A stretch of 63,831 nucleotides of DNA, the filler included, from Perkinsus chesapeaki ATCC PRA-425 (taxonomy: Eukaryota > Protista > Perkinsozoa): the NCBI GenBank assembly GCA_013115145.1. It is 7 parts of 7 records of this genome, joined end to end, with 100 filler letters (N's around TTAATTAATTAA, not from the genome) between each part and the next. Parts side by side here need not be neighbours in the genome. Positions count along the whole stretch, not along the records: positions 52,526 to 61,957 come from JAAPAO010000938.1; positions 62,058 to 63,831 come from JAAPAO010001788.1; 5 more parts are not named here. One strand, 5' to 3'. The position numbers were made by a program, and so were the translations under genes. A model generated the notes under the pieces. That model was not told the origin of the DNA. It searched no databases and saw only the letters and a program-made list of their open reading frames with translations. Positions 56,701 through 63,831 of the stretch are shown here, one piece after another. Each line of letters starts with the position of its first letter. The first letter of the stretch is position 1.

Positions 56701-59700
56701 GCCACTGCAGTACGGATGCCATCGGCTGGGACTCTGATGAAGCTCACCTCTGTCTCCCAATTGTGTTATTGATACATCCTCTAGCACGCAGGAGCATCAT
56801 ACCGACTTGCTCCCCACAAGATGAGTCATGTCGGTCGATGTCTCTTTTTTGCGGGGTCCCAGATGGGGACGTTACGGGAGAATCAACGATGAACTATTAA
56901 AACGGAGAATAGGAGGCGTAACAGAGAGTTTATCCCTCACCGGATTGGTACTTATGTCCGCCTGTAGGCCAGTGTGACCACTACTGCTGCTGTTGTTGTT
57001 GGTTGATGGTTGATAACCAAAGAGAAGAGATAATGCCTTGTCCTGAGGATACCAAAGTCATCTATTCAAGCTAGCAAGGGTATTTTTTACGTGGATAACC
57101 TTCTCGTCGCGTAAAAGATAGGGAACCGTTAATTCAATTGATGACCGAGTAATATTGAAGGCAATCAAGGTCTTAAAAGCCTCGATGTTTCCAATGGTAC
57201 CTTGGCCAGTTGGATACTACGATAGAGCTCAAAGATACCCGTAATCCGGCGCATGCACCGCTTCGTGGTGTCAACAAGGAAGAGCGATACTCTTGGATAT
57301 CGGTTTGAACTCACATCAGCGTTTTAAACATCAAGTGGTGTTAAATTGAAGGGATGAAGTCTAAGAAGGATCTTACCACAACTATGTCATCACCCATCAC
57401 TCCAACTATACATCCTATTCTAGATCGTTCCCAGAATGAATCATCGACAACGGCTTCAATAGGGGCACCATTCGAGCATAGTTGGGCAATAGATGGTATG
57501 GGTATGAACATCGATGAAGAGAAGATGGTGTTCCTAATGGTCATATCAGCTTGAATCATATCACTTTCCTTACCATATGGTAGCTCTATGACTTCTACGA
57601 TGACTTGTTGCTACCATCAATACCACACTACCGACACCAAGGGTAGTAGCGAGTAGAACAGCAGGAGCGTTAACACCCAACTTGTCGCGCACTGAAGATG
57701 ATTTAGGTTACGAACTGACTGTAGTTCCGCGATGTTTACAGCCATCCAATTCTGGCGTTAAGGGCAGCGTATAAAATCTTAATTATGTCTCAAAAAATAC
57801 TACCACATTTCAAGAACAAAAATGCATGATAGTTCCCGAGATTCGCTTTAGTGGTAAGTGTCGAACGCCCCCGGAATTTTCATAGTGTCATGTATCGCCG
57901 ACGGCTAAGGTTGCATTAATCCGCTTATGTTACTATTATCAGTAAGTTGCCTTAATGCTTTTGTGACTTGTTCTTTCCCTTTTACAGCGGCTTGTGTTAT
58001 GGCATCAGATGCACTATTCAGGGAGCGTGAGATCTCAGCAGTCTCTGGGGATACTATCCTCTCAATTGGGGGAACTGCTTCCATTTGATAATGAGAATGA
58101 AATGAGCTGCTCGAATGAATAAATATAATAGAAGATAATGGGTCCGTTCAATAAACCTATTTCTAAATTCAGAATCGATTCCAGGACTGCTTTTTACACT
58201 TTAAATGCGATGCTACAATCGATTCTGAATCCCAGAATTGATTTGACGAACAAGAGGAATTAATAGTTACTCATTCGGCTCATTCATTAGACTTTGATAA
58301 AAGTGGTTCTGGAACTGGTTTTCAAAACCGATTTTGAGAACTAACAATTTCAGTAGTAAGCTTTACTCCCAGGTTCGATCCCAGGTAGAAGGTATTTTCG
58401 GGTAATTTATTTCCATTGCGCAGGTTGCTGAGTCGAGGTTAAGAACTTCAATAAGGGACGCAGAAGCATTCTGACTGGAGTTGTTGAGAAAATGCTGTCA
58501 TCACCGAACTCAAGCATAGAAGGTCTTGAAAAATACACGACGAGCCAATCCACACACAGATTGCCTCCTAGGTAATAAGCAATCGAACAACTACATTAAA
58601 ACCAGTCTATTAGTTACACTTGGGCAACCGCGCCGAGATTCAAAGCTGATACTAAGAAGCCGGGATCGTAAGATAATGCTTTTAGACGGTTTTACACAAC
58701 TGGACTTACCTGAGCTCTTACATGATTTGCCGCCGCTGCAAGTGTTAAACATGGACAGGGTCTGGTAGGTTGAATATCGGTGAAACGAAGAGCCAGAATG
58801 CTGCCGCTAGTGCGGTTCCTCCAGTCGGAACATATCGTGTTGGACGGCAATGGGTTGAATATGATGACGATGAATATTGTATTGACTCATAGTAAGGTAT
58901 AAGTTGATCAATGCAACGACCGATTGTCTTAATCAGTGGACCATCGATACCCAGTTATAGCATTGGCTTATCCGAGAGACCCGGTATATTCAACCCACAT
59001 TCAGTGAACCCTTTGAGTATGTCGCGAAGTGAATCTCATTTGCTGACTGCCATGTTTGGCCCTAAGTGATTCCCATTTAAAGTGTGCCGGTGTCTCATTT
59101 AATCTTTCAGAGCTCAGAAGGTCCGCGGACGCTATCCTGACTATTCATTTGCACGCGCTTCACGCTTCTTGGAGAGGCGCGAATCAAGATCGAACCGTCG
59201 CCCCGATCCAGGACAATACCGAGCGTAACGGCGATGTGATCGACTGCAGGTTGGTTGGATTTTGTTGACAGATTCACGCTGTTTGAACCAAACCCAGAAA
59301 AAGAAGAGTTTTACATCGCCGCTGCAAGACGAGCACGAGAACAGAGTACGGTTAGCATAGAAAAGTATGCAGTCTGACTTTATTAGGCCATCCATCGGAT
59401 GAACGTGAGCTTTCTAAGATGTTGTCTAGAGATGCTAGAAGATTCAATTCAATTGCATGAAAATGTTACTTGTCTACCTAGTGCTGTGCTCTTTCGTTTG
59501 TCATTATTTCGACAATGATTCAAAAAGGCGAATTGGCATACCGAAGCCACCGCGATGCACTGATGCAGGCGAGAGTTATCGCTTTATAGAAAGACACTAA
59601 TAGTTGGTAAAGGACGAAGGTCCACATGCAAACAGAAGAACGAAAATAAATAATATATTGACAATACCCGCCGGAAATGAAGGCCGAGTCCCATCAACCC

Positions 59701-60448
59701 TGGACGGCAAATGATATATGACGAGATAACCAGTATTGTCAATGTCAACTAACGCAAAATGGACGTGGCGTGAATCTTACACTGATTCAAGAATGTAACA
59801 TCGCACTACTACTGATGTAACTACTGATAATAATCAGCACAATATACTATATATATAAGCTATTAACGATTACTCCGCTTCAAAGTAGGAGCTGTGTCCT
59901 ATAAAGAGACGCGTAACAACGCTAAGCTGAGCCCAGTAATATCACTACGTAAGGACAGACAGCATTTGTGACGCAATAGAAAGTTATACTTTTTGTCATA
60001 TGAGTGTTTAAAATACAATCGTGTACTCATCAGGGTTACTGAAGTAACTCGAACAAGTCTGCAATTACTGTAACCAATAATTTCCAGCCATTACAATCAT
60101 GGACAGCTTCGGCTACATCGGCCTGGCCGATTCGGCCAGCGCCCGTTTTCGCTATACCACATAGCTATATTGTGGTGCGTTCTTGTCACACCCAGTGGGA
60201 CATACCTCAAGACGTTACATGCTTAAAGAAGGTTGCGGGCAAGCTAGCATCATTCTCACTTGTATGGCAGGATGTGGTACAATACTTAACGTCTGCTCTG
60301 CTAAGGCCCTCATGAATTTGTATCCCCTCGCGTACTTAACTTGCAATCACCCGTCGCAGGCATATCCTTTGACGCGGTGACGGCGTCTAATCGATGAAAT
60401 GCTGGAAACATCATCGATAGTATGGATAAAACTCACAGACAGAACATC

Positions 60449-60640
60449 ATAGCCATATCTTTAATCAGCTCTGTGCCCACATGCCTGCGAGCATAGTACA
60501 TATAGAACATACAGATAGAACATGATAGCCATATCTTTAATCAGCTCAGTGCCCACATGCCTGCGAGCATAGTACATATAGAACATACAGATAGAACATG
60601 ATAGCCATATCTTGCATCAGGTCAGCGGCCACATGCGTGC
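60449..60640 (+). repeat. 76-nt tandem repeat, ~2.5 copies
   Basis: The ATAGCCATATC unit starts at 60449, 60525 and 60601. The first two copies are nearly identical; the third diverges. Confidence 0.9.
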
Positions 60641-60833
60641 TAGGGTAGTGCTGGTAGGAAGTACGATTGGGATCCCCCGCGGGAGCTAAAACCTTCGTTT
60701 GGTATTGATTTGAGCTCACTTGAGCTGACTCACCGTCAATCCGTGAGCAGATCGCCTTCAGTTAGGTTGAAGAGACCATTATCATCTCCCAGAAACGTAG
60801 CGACCTCGATTTCAGGAATAATTCTGTTTTGTA

Positions 60834-61957
60834 ATGCTTCGCTTCCTCGCCGTGTGGTGCCTTTCGGTACAGCTGGTTACAAACCAACCCCCAAGTTCTA
60901 AGCAATGGGATGAAGCTTGTCGTGAAGCGGTGGATAACAACTCGTACTGTATGTTCTATAAACTTGGGCATGCTGCAGTATGCCATGGTAGCGATCCTCC
61001 TATCCCTTGTGGTCCAGCTAACACAACTAATACGACAACTTCCCCACCAGCTGTTGATGAGTGCTCCAAACTCAGTCAGTCAGGCGTGTGGCAATACCTA
61101 CCATATGACAAGGATAAGGACTTCATGTGGGCAAAGATGGAGGATGCCAGCCGATGTCTGAATTCCCTGACTATTACCAACTTCAACGCTCTCTTCACGC
61201 TTCACAACCTCAAGTATGGTGTAGCTGAGAACTATGCTTTTGCTGATGTTGCTAACGGTCTTCAGAACTCTATAGAGTCTAACAGCTGCGGTTTCAAGAA
61301 GCATTCTCTGGACGTCGACATAAAAGACTTCCTCGATAATAGAATTCGAGATTTCGCCGGAGTCTTGGGAAAAAGGAGTGGCGATGAGCAGAAAAAGCTT
61401 CTACAAAAGACTATCCCGTCGGCATCGTTCCACTTCGCGTTGCAACGGGAGTTCAATCGTTTGAATGATGCTCATACATTATATTTCCCTCCCTTTGATG
61501 GGTGGGCGTATGGCCTGCCGATTCGCTTTGAGTCTAACATGAAAGAAGGGACTCAAGTTATCACCATGAATATAACCCCCCTCGGAGCTTCTCGTTATCC
61601 TGAGGTTTACGGGGAACCCGTAACCTCTCATAGAAACGGCGATGAAATCACGAAAGTCGATGATAAGCCCGTCCTCGAGTGGATGCAAGAGATGGTCTCT
61701 GATGACGGTCCTTATGTTGGTGTCTACCAAGGGCCCCTACAAAGACTCAACAACGTTTTCTTCGTGCGAGAAAATGTTACCAGAGATCTTCGACTTCACC
61801 CACCTCCAATGGAACCACTGAGGATCACTTTCGCTGATGGAACTACAGAATCGGTGAATTGGCTGGCTCGATTGCCTAATTACACAAAGTCAGCCGGGGA
61901 AGGTGCTATCAGTTGGCAGTTCTATAACGCTCTCACAAATCGGAACCCACTATTCCA
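60834..61957 (+). CDS. Secreted peptidase S41/CPAF-like protein, paralog 2 (3'-truncated)
   Basis: Signal peptide MLRFLAVWCLSVQLVT; colinear with 52526-53435; RLNDAHTLY; EITKVDDKPVLEWMQ. Confidence 0.6.
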
Positions 61958-62057
61958 NNNNNNNNNNNNNNNNNNNNNNNNNNNNNNNNNNNNNNNNNNN
62001 NTTAATTAATTAANNNNNNNNNNNNNNNNNNNNNNNNNNNNNNNNNNNNNNNNNNNN
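61958..62057. other. Artificial contig linker
   Basis: N run + TTAATTAATTAA + N run. Confidence 0.97.
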
Positions 62058-63831
62058 ATAAAATTTAGACTGAGCACATGACGGATTGGAACGGAGTAAG
62101 GAGCTGACATGAACACATTCTGGATCTCCACTCTGAGCCACTTGAACTCGTCTCCTGAACTCATAAAACCAAGGTGAACTATCGTCAACATTGGCAATAG
62201 CACATTCTGGTGAGTTCATCACAGTAAAAAGAATCTCATCATCTTCTTCAATAGTATCAATAACATTAAGAACATCAGCATTAAGACTATCAAATGATAC
62301 TTCAAAATGCATCAACGTTTCATTCTGAAAATGGTTAGTTACAGAGGACCAATCAATATTACTATCACACAGTAATGAGCATGGACGAGTTAATCTATCT
62401 GCAACGTTCCAAGTAGAAGCACTATGACGGAACTCCAAAACCATACAACGGTTCTCCTGCAACAGAGAATAGACTAGATCATATATATGATTCAGTCGCC
62501 GTTGTTCTGGTTTACCAAGCTTTTCCATCTTAGATGAAGTACCGTGGAACAAAAGTACATGTCGTACTCTATACAAAGTAATCATGGAATCACTCACGAT
62601 GACACATCTATAGACAGAAATACGATTATTAATAGACTTAGTCAATTGTTTAACACTTAGTACACCCATTCTCAGGGCTTCCAATTCACGCCGCGGTATA
62701 GTACCACCACTGTGTGTACTCAACCGGCTGAAAATCCGAGATCCATCACCTCTACTACGACAATCAACAGACATAGCATAAGAACTGGCATCAGTGAAGA
62801 CTACTATATCACTCATATCAACAAATCTTGCAGGTAGCAATCTATTAGAATTAATAAAATCGTTACAAGCCTGCACCTTCTCTCTGACCACTGTTGCCTT
62901 CTCATCATCAATAATATCCTTATAAATTATACCTTTTTTACGTATACCAAATCCTTGCTCATGAAGTTCTCGAACTATAGCTCTGAATTCCAATGTAATC
63001 TCATTCCATAACCCCAAAGGATCAAATAACCTTGCTAAAACTGATCGTAAATTTGTCATAGTTAATGGAACTTCCAACTCCAACATTGGCCTCTTTATAT
63101 CCATAACATCAACAGTTCTATCGACCAACCACTTATAACCCAACCATGTATGCGTCCAATCCATACCACTAATATCACTGCAGTACACAGGCATACCAAT
63201 ACTCTCTTCGTCAGTATCCAGATTATGAACCCTTTTCCTTGGATTGGTCAAGAATCCTCGGCTTTCTAATGCTGGTAATATAGCTCCTCGGTATCTATTA
63301 ACTTCACCTTTAGTAGTACCAGATATACATAAATCATCAACATAATAGTCAAGGCTGGTCTTGACTTCATCATCATTTATCCCATCAACTGCTACTTGGA
63401 TTCCATAGGATAGTGCCCAAGGACTCCATCCGCAACCAAACGGAACTCTACTCCATCTAGCAATGATACTAGGTAACAAGATCATTCCCAAGAATCTTCG
63501 ATCACCCTCAATGATTTCAACCTGCCAAAATGCCTTACATATATCTTCACACGATACCCACTGCATTGATCTCCATCGTAATATTGATGCATATAAATCC
63601 ACTTCTCTTGGAATAACATCACCATCCTCTTTACCTTTAGTATCAGTGTAGGAGTTGAGTGGACGTGCATCCAAACATAATCTGCATTTAGTACTTAGTC
63701 TGGAATCATCAATAACGGGTGTAATAGCCGTATAAAAAGAAGCAAACTTTTGTGTGTAAGTTGAAGACTCTCGCCTGAGAGTGTTCAGCTAGGTAAAATG
63801 CACAGTGAGCGTCAAGTGACCTTCTCTGGCG
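62058..63831 (-). mobile_element. BEL/Pao-type LTR-retrotransposon pol fragment (RT + RNase H)
   Basis: YTAITPVI...STKCRLCLDA, DICKAFWQV, WSRVPFGCGWSPWAL, YYVDD, LARLFDPLGL, VFTDASSYA, TIPRRELEAL, SDS, NVADRLTR. One in-frame TAG at 63789-63791 lies upstream of the RT core. Confidence 0.85.

Noticed and set aside
58167-58230. Perfect 14-bp inverted repeat ATTCAGAATCGATT...AATCGATTCTGAAT
   Set aside because: It is isolated, with no target-site duplication, second copy or associated ORF; insufficient for a MITE call.
58355-58400. tRNA-like T-arm CCAGG-TTCGATC-CCAGG
   Set aside because: There is no matching acceptor stem, D-arm or anticodon arm upstream, so it is not called a tRNA.
56700-60400. 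Numerous 60-115 aa ORFs in the spacer
   Set aside because: No domain motifs, splice pattern or codon bias; treated as non-coding or decayed sequence.
1-63831. CRISPR arrays, rRNA, snRNA or complete tRNA genes
   Set aside because: None recognised; the tandem repeats present lack unique spacers.

Overview
Eukaryotic, intron-rich genomic DNA. A Perkinsus-like alveolate is the best fit, inferred from the 40-80 nt GT-AG introns, the gene content and the Cys-module secreted proteins. The window is not one locus. It is seven contigs (1-19620, 19721-26128, 26229-40151, 40252-50236, 50337-52425, 52526-61957, 62058-63831) joined by artificial 100-nt N/TTAATTAATTAA/N linkers. Contig 1 is a compact GC-rich gene run: NOP58, a HOOK-family protein, a soluble fumarate reductase, a GT34 glycosyltransferase, a Gln-rich coiled-coil protein, ALDH12-type P5CDH, two F-box/LRR paralogs, a LEA-like protein and the end of a GGFGDQQQQD-repeat protein. 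Contig 2 is an apparently intact ~5 kb LINE (gag plus APE-RT-RNase H) with an (AAC)11 tail, inserted in a Thr-codon minisatellite (mucin-like ORF). Contig 3 is a birth-and-death cluster of multi-ubiquitin-like-domain genes and double-MATH genes, ending in a Helitron-like hairpin-CTAG. Contig 4 is extremely AT-rich yet carries housekeeping genes (RPB7, SAS-4/CENPJ, CstF77-like). Contigs 5 and 7 are LTR-retrotransposon gag-protease and BEL/Pao-type pol fragments. Contig 6 has two divergent secreted S41/CPAF-like paralogs flanking a probable decayed pol relic. The strongest novelty candidates are the putatively repeat-targeted LINE and the poly-UBL/MATH cluster. All family assignments come from motif recognition by eye; no database searches were run.
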